A stretch of DNA of 64,000 bases from the sequence record OP380604.1; one strand, 5' to 3'. Within the stretch, counting starts at the first letter, position 1, and each line of letters opens with the position of its first letter. Below the pieces are notes generated by a model, which did not search any database, had not been told where the DNA came from, and saw only the letters and a program-made list of their open reading frames with translations. Below are positions 18,210 to 26,636 of this stretch, one piece after another. Made by a program: the position numbers and the translations under genes.

Positions 18210-19222
18210 TGAACATCTATTTGGTAGGCGGCGCTGTTCGCGATATGGTAATGAATCGTGAGCCAAAAGACCGAGATTACGTTGTCGTGGGTTCTACTCA
18301 CGATGAAATGATCGCTAAAGGATACAAGCAAGTAGGCGCAGATTTTCCGGTTTATCTCGATGATCTGGGTCAAGAATATGCACTTGCTCGTACCGAACGT
18401 TCTACTGGCAAAGGCTATAACGATTTCGTTACCGACTTTAACCCGAATGTGACACTCGAACAAGATTTGTTGCGTCGTGACTTTACAATGAATGCAATGG
18501 CTCTTGGTATGAATGGTGTACTCGTTGACCCTTACAACGGCCAACAGGATATCAAAGATCGCGTGGTAAATGTAGTTAATCCACAAGCGTTTCACGAGGA
18601 CCCAGTACGTGTTCTCCGTGCTTGTCGATTTGCAGCACGTTATGATTTCCGTCTGTCTACGCTCACGCTGGAATGCATTCTACGATGCATCAAAGATGGT
18701 CGAATGGATCACTTGACCTCGGAGCGAATCTGGCTTGAGTTTGAAAAGTCATTCGGCAAAAATATGTCCGATTTCCTTATGAACATGCATTGCACCGGTG
18801 CATTCAAAGCACTAGGTATTCATGCGGGATGGACAATTCATCGTCATGGTAATGGTGCTCCTGTTGAGCAATTCGCGGCAATCGCATATGATATGAACAC
18901 GGAGCAACTTGCCAAGTTTTATTCAGTTGTGAAAGTACCAAGTGAGTTCAAAAAGTTCGCTGATATCGTGAAAAACAGCTTGCAAGATACAGCGTTGAAT
19001 GTTAGATTGTATACAGCACTGAACGCGACTCGGAATAAGTTCCGAGAAGAGATCAAAAACTACTTTGTTGATGAAAATCAAGTTAGCAAAGAAAAGTTCG
19101 AATCCGCTGAAAAAGCATTTGACTCTGTGGTTGCTTCCGCGTATAGTGAACAAGGTAAAGAACTTGGACGTGTGATGATGTGTGATCGCATTAACAGGAT
19201 CGCAGATGCATTAGTAAAATGA
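18209..19222 (+). CDS. cca: tRNA nucleotidyltransferase (CCA-adding, class II)
   Basis: YLVGGAVRD, DRDYVV, DLLRRDFTMNAMA and EDPVRVLRACRFAAR motifs. Confidence 0.92.
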   Translation: MNIYLVGGAVRDMVMNREPKDRDYVVVGSTHDEMIAKGYKQVGADFPVYLDDLGQEYALARTERSTGKGYNDFVTDFNPNVTLEQDLLRRDFTMNAMALGMNGVLVDPYNGQQDIKDRVVNVVNPQAFHEDPVRVLRACRFAARYDFRLSTLTLECILRCIKDGRMDHLTSERIWLEFEKSFGKNMSDFLMNMHCTGAFKALGIHAGWTIHRHGNGAPVEQFAAIAYDMNTEQLAKFYSVVKVPSEFKKFADIVKNSLQDTALNVRLYTALNATRNKFREEIKNYFVDENQVSKEKFESAEKAFDSVVASAYSEQGKELGRVMMCDRINRIADALVK

Positions 19223-19232
19223 GGATAACATA

Positions 19233-20288
19233 ATGTTCTATTTGATTTTGATCGTGCCACTGCTTGTGCCGTTCATATACAAGTTTTGGTTCAAACGCGA
19301 GTATACCTATGGCGAAATGGCGGCAAACGCCGCCATAGCTGTGGCATTGACTGGAATGGTGTATGGACTCGGTACTTATCGTGCGATGTACGATACCGAA
19401 ATTCTGAGTGGTTACGTGACGTCAAAGGAACAAACTTATGTTAGTTGTTCCCATAGTTATGATTGTCGTTGCCGTAATGTTCGCTCATGCTCTGGCTCCG
19501 GTAAAAGTCGTTCATGCTCTACCACTCGGGTATGCGATACCTGTTATGAGCATTCAAACGACTGGGATTGGGATGTTCACACTACCGTAGGCACTTTTGA
19601 AATTGATCGGATTGATCGTCGTGGTAGTCTTGAGCCGCCGCGTTTCTCTAAAGTTCAAATCGGAGATCCGGCTGCTAAAGAACACGCTTATACCAACTAT
19701 ATCAAAGCGGCACCAGATTCTCTGTTTGCTCATGACAAGAATTTGATTGAAAAGTATAAGAACGAGATCCCGAAATACCCAGAAGTGTTTGATTACTATA
19801 ATGTTAATCGCGTTATCAATATGTCCGGTGCGGATACCCGAGACTGGAACACTTACCTGGAAACTGTTCTGAAATCTTTGGGTAAAGAGAAACAGATCAA
19901 CATTATTGCGGTATTGACAAAAAATCCTATTGACTATGCCGACGCACTGATTTACAATTGGTCCGGTGGCAAGAAAAACGATGTTATCATGATTTATGGA
20001 GTAGACGGCAATAAAGTCTCTTGGTTCCAGAGCACTAGCTTAGGCAACGGCATGGGAAATCAAGAACTTCATGTTACTCTGCGAAATGAATCGGTAGACA
20101 AAGAAATAACGCTTGACTTGTTGAAATCTCAAGTTAATATTATAGCCAACAAGTATAACAGACTTCCTATGGAACAGTTTGAATACTTGAAAGATCAAGT
20201 AGAGCCTCCGATGTGGGTAATTATTCTGTCACTTATCGTTGGTATTGGTTCTTCAATCGCTGTTGGTTACTTCTTCACTAAAAACTAA
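19233..20288 (+). CDS. Membrane protein with Cys-rich extracytoplasmic segment (TPM-like fold suspected)
   Basis: Two N-terminal and one C-terminal hydrophobic helices; eight-Cys cluster. Confidence 0.7.
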   Translation: MFYLILIVPLLVPFIYKFWFKREYTYGEMAANAAIAVALTGMVYGLGTYRAMYDTEILSGYVTSKEQTYVSCSHSYDCRCRNVRSCSGSGKSRSCSTTRVCDTCYEHSNDWDWDVHTTVGTFEIDRIDRRGSLEPPRFSKVQIGDPAAKEHAYTNYIKAAPDSLFAHDKNLIEKYKNEIPKYPEVFDYYNVNRVINMSGADTRDWNTYLETVLKSLGKEKQINIIAVLTKNPIDYADALIYNWSGGKKNDVIMIYGVDGNKVSWFQSTSLGNGMGNQELHVTLRNESVDKEITLDLLKSQVNIIANKYNRLPMEQFEYLKDQVEPPMWVIILSLIVGIGSSIAVGYFFTKN

Positions 20289-20298
20289 GGTACTAAAA

Positions 20299-20862
20299 AT
20301 GAATAAAACTTTGATTGCTGTTATCGTGTTTGTTCTGGGTCTGGTTGTTGTTCCTGTTGTTGGTTTTGTTGGCATGTATGTCAGCACTTCTAATACCAAC
20401 ACTCAGTTTGAAAGCAACATCGAGAAGTTCCATAAAGCGAGCCAGAACACTCTGAGCAACTATACGCTCAAGATTCGCGATATGGCACAGATTCCGGATA
20501 TGTACACCGCTGACCTGAAAAAGATCATCGACGCAACTTTCCAGGGTCGCTACGGCAAAGACGGTTCAAAGGCTGTTACCCAGTTTATGACTGAAAACAA
20601 CCTGCAATTTGATAGCTCTATGTATAAGAGTCTGCAAGTAGCGATGGAAGCTGGTCGTAATGAGTTCAAACTGAGTCAAGACAAAAAGTTGGATGTTTGT
20701 GCTGGCTATGAAAATCAGCGTAACTTTGTAATGTCTGGCTTCTTCTCTCGCATGGCAGGCTTCCCGAAGAAAGATGTGGATTCTCTGTGTAAGATTGTGC
20801 TGGACAAAGAGACTAACAAAGCTTTCGAAACTGGCGAAGCTGAGACTATCAAGCTCCGCTAA
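20299..20862 (+). CDS. Membrane-anchored LemA-like protein
   Basis: N-terminal TM helix, then a helical body (YVSTSN...ESNIE); LemA likeness judged by eye. Confidence 0.6.
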   Translation: MNKTLIAVIVFVLGLVVVPVVGFVGMYVSTSNTNTQFESNIEKFHKASQNTLSNYTLKIRDMAQIPDMYTADLKKIIDATFQGRYGKDGSKAVTQFMTENNLQFDSSMYKSLQVAMEAGRNEFKLSQDKKLDVCAGYENQRNFVMSGFFSRMAGFPKKDVDSLCKIVLDKETNKAFETGEAETIKLR

Positions 20863-20871
20863 TGAATCAAG

Positions 20872-20895
20872 AATCCCGCTTCGGCGGGATTTTTA
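20872..20895 (+). terminator. Rho-independent terminator
   Basis: AATCCCGC-TTCG-GCGGGATT plus T tract; same sequence at 24563 and 52085. Confidence 0.9.
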
Positions 20896-20910
20896 TTTTC
20901 CAGAAAGTTC

Positions 20911-20938
20911 TTGCATCAAAATCTAGTCCTGTTATTAT
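20911..20938 (+). promoter_or_regulatory. Sigma70-like early promoter
   Basis: TTGCAT-N16-TATTAT. Confidence 0.75.
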
Positions 20939-20973
20939 AGCCACATCGAAACACACCATCTGAGGAAGTTATC

Positions 20974-21333
20974 GTGAGCAAGCAAAACGTAATGAATGTT
21001 AAAGGTCTGCAAACTCTGAAAGAACTGGAAGCAGCGAAGAAACTCGGATTTCACGTTTATGATAACACTCAACAATTTGTTATGCCGTCTTATATGTTGC
21101 TTGACTCTGATGGTAAAGTTGCTGTAATCTCTCACAGTAGCGAATACGAGATTTACAAGAAGCTGTTTGGAAAAACTCCAGTACAAGCTGGCAAGAAATA
21201 CCGTTACAAAACTAGCTTCAACGTCATGGATCGCAAGTTCAAAACTCAGCAATTCCAAGTCGTTCATATCGTTAGCAACACCGAAATCACTGTACTGTGC
21301 GAAAACGGCACCGAAATCACTTTCAAAAAATAA
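20974..21333 (+). CDS. Hypothetical early protein
   Basis: SD GAGGAA, GTG start. Confidence 0.7.
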   Translation: MSKQNVMNVKGLQTLKELEAAKKLGFHVYDNTQQFVMPSYMLLDSDGKVAVISHSSEYEIYKKLFGKTPVQAGKKYRYKTSFNVMDRKFKTQQFQVVHIVSNTEITVLCENGTEITFKK

Positions 21334-21343
21334 GGAGATTATC

Positions 21344-21559
21344 ATGCACGACTTTATGATCAAAATCGGTTACACTCTTCTGAACACAAAAGCTGAATAT
21401 CTGGGTTTCTTGACCGAAGTTGGCTACTATGATTTCGTTGCCCGAGAGTATAGCAAGTTTGACTTTCCAATGTATATGAAACCGGTTTTCACCGATGACA
21501 ACGGATACGGACAAACTATTCTGAATTTCGCTACTGTTAAACCGGAGACCCTGAAATGA
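21344..21559 (+). CDS. Hypothetical protein
   Basis: SD AAGGAG before ATG 21344. Confidence 0.65.
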   Translation: MHDFMIKIGYTLLNTKAEYLGFLTEVGYYDFVAREYSKFDFPMYMKPVFTDDNGYGQTILNFATVKPETLK

Positions 21560-21984
21560 AACGATACAAAGTAGCACTATTAGGAACAATCATTTTCTGT
21601 GGAGCTTTTATTGCTGGCGCTGCTTATCAAGAACACCGAGCGATCAGCTATGAAATGAATGTTCCAATGATTTGGTCTGTAGAGCAAGAATACGTAAACG
21701 AGATCATAAAGCGCCATATCGATCTGAAAGAAGACCGTAAAAAGTATTACGAGGAAGAAATCGGGTTGATTGGCTCAATGAGCGTTGATAATCTGAGAAA
21801 AGTTCAGGAAATCAATCGAAATATGATTGATAACGCACACCGTCAGATTTATTATACATGCAAGATATATCGCACACAGGACGAACGTACCGAGATTGAT
21901 ATGAAAGACGGCACTAAGTTCATGCAAGACGTTATTGAAGCCAACAAAATTTGTAAGGCTCATGGAGTAGATTTGGATGAATAA
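21556..21984 (+). CDS. Single-pass membrane protein with C-terminal Cys pair
   Basis: N-terminal hydrophobic helix; coupled ORF. Confidence 0.7.
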   Translation: MKRYKVALLGTIIFCGAFIAGAAYQEHRAISYEMNVPMIWSVEQEYVNEIIKRHIDLKEDRKKYYEEEIGLIGSMSVDNLRKVQEINRNMIDNAHRQIYYTCKIYRTQDERTEIDMKDGTKFMQDVIEANKICKAHGVDLDE

Positions 21985-22330
21985 TTGGAAGACTTATCTT
22001 GGATTGGTTGGATTCGCTGCTATAATCGGCACCGGTATCATGTTCACGGAAAAGCAGTTTGATAAAATGTATGTTTCGGAGTTGATCCGACTTGAAGGTG
22101 ATGTGATTCGCAATCGAGACGATTTTGTCCATGTTGACGATCAAATCACATATCAAGAACAACAAGACATTTATGATAGAAACACTATGGCTTTGTCCGA
22201 AGCAAGAGGACAATATCGGGTGTATCTGAAAAACGCTTGTTACAAACTGACACTCAGGACCGAGCTTGCAGTTAAACTCAAACGGGATATGGATGTCTAT
22301 AATTATTGTCTCAATGAGGTTAACCGATGA
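21977..22330 (+). CDS. Single-pass membrane protein with C-terminal Cys pair
   Basis: N-terminal hydrophobic helix; SD GGAG. Confidence 0.7.
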   Translation: MNNWKTYLGLVGFAAIIGTGIMFTEKQFDKMYVSELIRLEGDVIRNRDDFVHVDDQITYQEQQDIYDRNTMALSEARGQYRVYLKNACYKLTLRTELAVKLKRDMDVYNYCLNEVNR

Positions 22331-22584
22331 ATGATATAACTCGCGGTCTGTTAATTTTGATTCTGGCTTTCGCGTCTAGTGCTGTTGTTTCCGCATTGAT
22401 GTTAAGAAGCGATACCGAAAAGTTGATGAATCGTATGGAGAATGCGATCCTAGAAGGTAATCCTCCCGCGCACTTGTGTGAGCTGCACAGTCGAATTGGG
22501 TTAGTTTCGATTTACGTTATCTCTAACCCTTTCCGTGATTATTCTAAGTTTCAGGAGGCAAACGCGGTTTGTAAAAACAAATGA
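22327..22584 (+). CDS. Single-pass membrane protein with C-terminal Cys pair
   Basis: N-terminal hydrophobic helix; SD GAGG. Confidence 0.7.
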   Translation: MNDITRGLLILILAFASSAVVSALMLRSDTEKLMNRMENAILEGNPPAHLCELHSRIGLVSIYVISNPFRDYSKFQEANAVCKNK

Positions 22585-22778
22585 GCTTGAGATACGGATT
22601 AAAACAATACAAAGTCGGTAACCCGTGTAAAGTGTTAATTAGCGGCTATAGCTATCAGGCCGCTATTCAACGAGACTTGGGAGATCGCATAGAGGTAACT
22701 ACGGAGAAAGGTGTTTCCGTCGTTCCAAAGTCGAATACGTTCCCCTGTAGTTATTACTGGTACAAAGATAATGTTTGA
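22581..22778 (+). CDS. Hypothetical protein
   Basis: 65-aa coupled ORF. Confidence 0.6.
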   Translation: MSLRYGLKQYKVGNPCKVLISGYSYQAAIQRDLGDRIEVTTEKGVSVVPKSNTFPCSYYWYKDNV

Positions 22779-23211
22779 AGAAATTAAATTTATATGGACA
22801 TTATGTCGGAAATACTCTCTCGTTTTTTCTGCTATGATGTATGTTATACCCGCTTTTACCGGTTATATAATATCGGTAAGAGACTCAATTTCATATCGGT
22901 CTACCGCATTAGAGGCAATACAAGAAGTTGAGACAACATATGGTGCTTATAACAATGCAATGAAAGAAATGTTACCTGTCCTGAAAAATGGCAAAGCACC
23001 TAGGGTAAACATATTGGAACTAGAAATACGACTTGTATTATCGGATTACCAGAAAGAAGTTATCAAAGATATAATATTGCAGTTAAAGGAGAGTATCATA
23101 CTTTCGTGCCAACGAGAAAAAATGTATGGAAAATATGTGTATATGATTGGAATGTCGAACGAGAATATCCGTTCAATATGCAATAAACACAATATAAACG
23201 TAATTGAGTGA
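22771..23211 (+). CDS. Membrane-anchored protein with C-terminal Cys pair
   Basis: Hydrophobic segment near the N-terminus; ICNKHNI resembles ICKAHGV of 21556. Confidence 0.6.
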   Translation: MFEEIKFIWTLCRKYSLVFSAMMYVIPAFTGYIISVRDSISYRSTALEAIQEVETTYGAYNNAMKEMLPVLKNGKAPRVNILELEIRLVLSDYQKEVIKDIILQLKESIILSCQREKMYGKYVYMIGMSNENIRSICNKHNINVIE

Positions 23212-23440
23212 AATAATGTTTGAAGAAAATGAAATAGTGCTTGCACTCTATGATGGAGTGATGTATCTTGGATCATATGTGAGGCAGTGTGGCGATTGTC
23301 ACATTGTTAAACTGGAAGCACGGAACTTGACTACCTCTATCTTGCGCAATAACATATGGGACACTTGCTGTTTCAATCTGCCAGATAGTTTTAGAAAAGA
23401 TGCGATAAATCTCTTGATGAATGTCGCAAATCGTGTATAA
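23204..23440 (+). CDS. Hypothetical protein
   Basis: 78-aa coupled ORF, GTG start. Confidence 0.6.
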   Translation: MSEIMFEENEIVLALYDGVMYLGSYVRQCGDCHIVKLEARNLTTSILRNNIWDTCCFNLPDSFRKDAINLLMNVANRV

Positions 23441-23441
23441 T
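23414..23441 (+). promoter_or_regulatory. Sigma70-like promoter
   Basis: TTGATG-N16-TATAAT upstream of the NadM-Nudix gene. Confidence 0.55.
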
Positions 23442-23498
23442 GTGTTTATGAGTTAAGCCACCGCTCCGAGTGTGGCATTACCAAAGGAGTTTTGGGAA

Positions 23499-24554
23499 AT
23501 GAATAAAGTATATGACAAAGCAGTGGTAAACGGCAGATACCAGATCAACCATATCGGCCACCTGGAAATGATTCGCGTTGCAATGAGCGTTGCAAAAAAG
23601 GTATATATTATCTTGGGTTCCGCGAATGCATATCCAAACATGAAAAACCCGTTTCGTCCTGCCGAACGCGAAGCGATGCTCCGTATCGGCATGAAAGATT
23701 ACGGACTTGACCCGAATAAAGTAAACTTCCGTTATGTTGATGACAGCAATTACACCAACGAACGTTGGCAAGCTGATATCCGCGACGCGGTAGACGAACA
23801 AATGGGAGACAAGATCACCATGGTTGGTAACAAGAAAGACAAGAACAGTTGGTGGCTGGAGACTTTCGGCTGGGAACTCACTGAAATTGATTGTCAGATG
23901 CACAACGGCAAGCCGATCAGTGCGACGTTCATCCGTGATTCTTTCTTTGATCCGGAGTTTGATTTCACCAGTCTGCATAGCGAGATTGTTACTCCTGGCG
24001 TGATTGAGTGGCTGAAATCCTACAAGATCAAGAAATCAGAAGAGTATGATCGACTGGCGAAAGAACACCAGCACAATATCAAAGAACTCAAGAAGATGGA
24101 AGCGTATCCATATCGTGAGGCTCTGAACTGTTCTACAGGTGATGCCGTAGTTACTTGCAACGGTCATTTGCTCGTTACAATTCGTGGAAATATGCCTGGT
24201 CTCGGTGCGTATGCTCTGCCAGGTGGACATAAGAACGAAGACGAAACCTATAAAGAGTGTGCGATTCGTGAGCTCCGAGAGGAAGTTCGTCTAAAAGTTC
24301 CCGAGCGGGTGATTCGCGGGTCCGTCAAGAAAGAAAAGATTTTCGACTATCCGGGTCGCAGTTATCCGATTTGTAAGCCGACTTTGGCTCTGTATATTGA
24401 ATTGCAGCCGGATAACGACGGAAAGCTACCTGCTGTTAAGCCGCGTGATGAAGTTCGCGATGTGTTCTGGATGCCGATGCATATGGTACGCCGAAATCGA
24501 CATAACTTCTTTGATGATCATTATGAGGTCATACAGCATTTTACGGGTATCTAA
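23499..24554 (+). CDS. Bifunctional NMN adenylyltransferase / ADP-ribose pyrophosphatase (NadM-Nudix, NatV-like)
   Basis: GRYQINHIGH nucleotidyltransferase motif, KNPF, and Nudix box LPGGHKNEDETYKECAIRELREE. Confidence 0.92.
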   Translation: MNKVYDKAVVNGRYQINHIGHLEMIRVAMSVAKKVYIILGSANAYPNMKNPFRPAEREAMLRIGMKDYGLDPNKVNFRYVDDSNYTNERWQADIRDAVDEQMGDKITMVGNKKDKNSWWLETFGWELTEIDCQMHNGKPISATFIRDSFFDPEFDFTSLHSEIVTPGVIEWLKSYKIKKSEEYDRLAKEHQHNIKELKKMEAYPYREALNCSTGDAVVTCNGHLLVTIRGNMPGLGAYALPGGHKNEDETYKECAIRELREEVRLKVPERVIRGSVKKEKIFDYPGRSYPICKPTLALYIELQPDNDGKLPAVKPRDEVRDVFWMPMHMVRRNRHNFFDDHYEVIQHFTGI

Positions 24555-24561
24555 TTAACTC

Positions 24562-24585
24562 AAATCCCGCTTCGGCGGGATTTTT
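24562..24585 (+). terminator. Rho-independent terminator
   Basis: AAATCCCGC-TTCG-GCGGGATTT plus T tract. Confidence 0.9.
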
Positions 24586-24600
24586 CATTTGGAAATCAAC

Positions 24601-24756
24601 ATGATAAAAGTTTTAATGTGTATTGTCGTTAATGTTCTATGTTTCGTTATGGTACATTTCTTCGGAAAAATCGGACTTTTGTTCGCTGTAGTGTTGACAT
24701 TGACTACCGCAGGTGCTATGGTATACGTACCAAAACTAATGAGGAAAACGTCATGA
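24601..24756 (+). CDS. Small two-TM membrane protein (51 aa)
   Basis: MIKVLMCIVVNVLCFVMVHFFGKIGLLFAVVLTLTTAGAMV...; ATGA overlap with the next gene. Confidence 0.55.
   Translation: MIKVLMCIVVNVLCFVMVHFFGKIGLLFAVVLTLTTAGAMVYVPKLMRKTS
24694..24722 (+). promoter_or_regulatory. Sigma70-like promoter
   Basis: TTGACA-N17-TATGGT with extended TG. Confidence 0.55.
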
Positions 24757-25160
24757 ATAAAATCGAAAAGACTGGAATTGGCATGATTGTGGGTGGGTTG
24801 CTTTCATTCGCAGTCGGTGCAGGCGGATTTATCTACGCCGGGTGTCAGGATAAAGAAATGGTAAGTATGCCACTTGACGGCTGCTATACCAGACTCGAAG
24901 GTAGTAAACACAGCGTATCACAGCGATTTTTGTGTCGTTTTATTGACGATAGGGTTAACGAATATGTTGAAAACAGCTATCACCCACTTGCATATCAAGA
25001 AATGGCAAAACATCCGGTTGGCACTCATTTCATGATTGAAGCGGATTCAATGAAATCTAAGAATGTTCTTGACAAATCGGCACCGGCTTTTCTGCTTGGT
25101 CTTCTGACTGCATTCATTGGGTGTATTGTCGCAATCTACGGTAGCACTCGTAAATCATGA
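24753..25160 (+). CDS. Membrane protein (two TM helices)
   Basis: SD GAGGAA; hydrophobic termini. Confidence 0.7.
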   Translation: MNKIEKTGIGMIVGGLLSFAVGAGGFIYAGCQDKEMVSMPLDGCYTRLEGSKHSVSQRFLCRFIDDRVNEYVENSYHPLAYQEMAKHPVGTHFMIEADSMKSKNVLDKSAPAFLLGLLTAFIGCIVAIYGSTRKS

Positions 25161-25351
25161 AAAAACTCAAATTTAGACTACTGAAAAACATCCATGACGT
25201 AAAAGCGGGATCTTTGGTAGAAGATGTTATGTTTACTCCGTGTCTTTGGCTAAGAAAAGACATGAGTATATTGACATTCTTCTATCAAGGACGTAAAATC
25301 ATCAAGGTAGTCACAGGAGATATGGAAGACTATCTAAGGAGAGTTCAATGA
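25157..25351 (+). CDS. Hypothetical protein
   Basis: 64-aa coupled ORF. Confidence 0.6.
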   Translation: MKKLKFRLLKNIHDVKAGSLVEDVMFTPCLWLRKDMSILTFFYQGRKIIKVVTGDMEDYLRRVQ

Positions 25352-25698
25352 TAGACCGAGTTTATGACGGACAACAGATCCGTTTTATTAGCGATGAACA
25401 CAAAAAGCAGTATTTTGAAAATCTGGGTCTAGCGAGTGGAACAAGCGCGTATCGCAAGATTCACAACGTAATGAATCAGCCTGTTATCGTTGTTGACTCT
25501 GTGATTGAGGGTTGCGTTGATAAGCTGAACGGTGTTACAATGACGTATAATCCGATTCTGCAATCAGATTACGTTTACTTTGAGGAAGCCGAACAATCGA
25601 CTATGAATAAGTTGATCGAAAAAATCAAGGCAGCATTCAAAGCGGGACGCGAGTCTGAAATCATGGAAATAAGTTTGATTGAAATTCTTAAAGATTAA
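25348..25698 (+). CDS. Hypothetical protein (GKTYKF-type family)
   Basis: GQQIRFISDEHKKQYF; SD GGAG. Confidence 0.7.
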   Translation: MIDRVYDGQQIRFISDEHKKQYFENLGLASGTSAYRKIHNVMNQPVIVVDSVIEGCVDKLNGVTMTYNPILQSDYVYFEEAEQSTMNKLIEKIKAAFKAGRESEIMEISLIEILKD

Positions 25699-25700
25699 GC

Positions 25701-25729
25701 TTGACGAACAAAACGAGATTTGATACCTT
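25701..25729 (+). promoter_or_regulatory. Sigma70-like promoter
   Basis: TTGACG-N17-TACCTT with extended TG. Confidence 0.5.
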
Positions 25730-25761
25730 ATCCTTACTGAAACAAAACTGAGGAAATAAAA

Positions 25762-26037
25762 ATGACTATGACCATCGGTAAAACTTACAAGTTCGTCAAT
25801 CAAGAAGCAATGGAAAACTTCTGCTCGATGGATCATAACATAGAAATCGCAAGTCTCATTGTAAAAAACGGCGGTAAGTTTACCGTAACATGTGGTAACT
25901 CTTCCGCTGACTATCGCATAACAACAAAATTTGGCGCGGAAATAGCCGGTACATGCCGTATCGCATTCAATGGAGTTGAAATGCGTATGATGGTAGTTAT
26001 CGGCTATAAAGAAATGGAATTTTTCGAAGAAGCGTAA
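25762..26037 (+). CDS. Hypothetical protein (GKTYKF-type family)
   Basis: IGKTYKFVNQEAMENF; SD GAGGAA. Confidence 0.72.
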   Translation: MTMTIGKTYKFVNQEAMENFCSMDHNIEIASLIVKNGGKFTVTCGNSSADYRITTKFGAEIAGTCRIAFNGVEMRMMVVIGYKEMEFFEEA

Positions 26038-26066
26038 TATTTCAACAACCAAATGAGGAAATGAAA

Positions 26067-26576
26067 ATGCCTGTTATGAAAATCGGTGTGAACTATGAGT
26101 TCAAGAACGACAACGCAAAAGAGAACTATCGTACCTCTCATGACATCAATCGTCGGGTTACTAAAGCAATCGAAGCGGTCGGCGGTGTGTTCCAGATTGT
26201 AAGTGGTGAATTGAACGGAAATTTCATCGACACCAAAGGCGAGGTAGTTGATGATGTTATGACTTATCTTGCAGATCGTAACGGTAAAGTTATTCATACC
26301 GACAATGGTAAAACTCTGATCAATGAGCACGAAATGCAGTATTTCCAAGTCGAGGCAGAAAAACCAGAACTCGATCCAAATGTTCTGTATGCCAAAACTC
26401 CGTTTGAGAAACTGATGGCGATTTATAAATCCTATCATCCAGACGCTCCCGATTCCAAGATTACCGTAGTGGGTCTGCGTAAGTCATGGGATATGCACAA
26501 TCTGAACATTCGTGAAATCGAAGAGAAGATTGAGATTCTTACCAAGACTCTGGCACAGCGAAAAGAAATGCTGTAA
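26067..26576 (+). CDS. Hypothetical protein (GKTYKF-type family)
   Basis: IGVNYEFKNDNAKENY; SD GAGGAA. Confidence 0.72.
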   Translation: MPVMKIGVNYEFKNDNAKENYRTSHDINRRVTKAIEAVGGVFQIVSGELNGNFIDTKGEVVDDVMTYLADRNGKVIHTDNGKTLINEHEMQYFQVEAEKPELDPNVLYAKTPFEKLMAIYKSYHPDAPDSKITVVGLRKSWDMHNLNIREIEEKIEILTKTLAQRKEML

Positions 26577-26579
26577 GTA

Positions 26580-26613
26580 TTGACACTTGGGCGATTGTGA
26601 TAGATAATCGCCC
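26580..26613 (+). promoter_or_regulatory. Sigma70-like promoter with overlapping inverted repeat
   Basis: TTGACA-N17-GATAAT; GGGCGATT...AATCGCCC. Confidence 0.65.
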
Positions 26614-26636
26614 TATAAAACATCATAGGAACAAAA

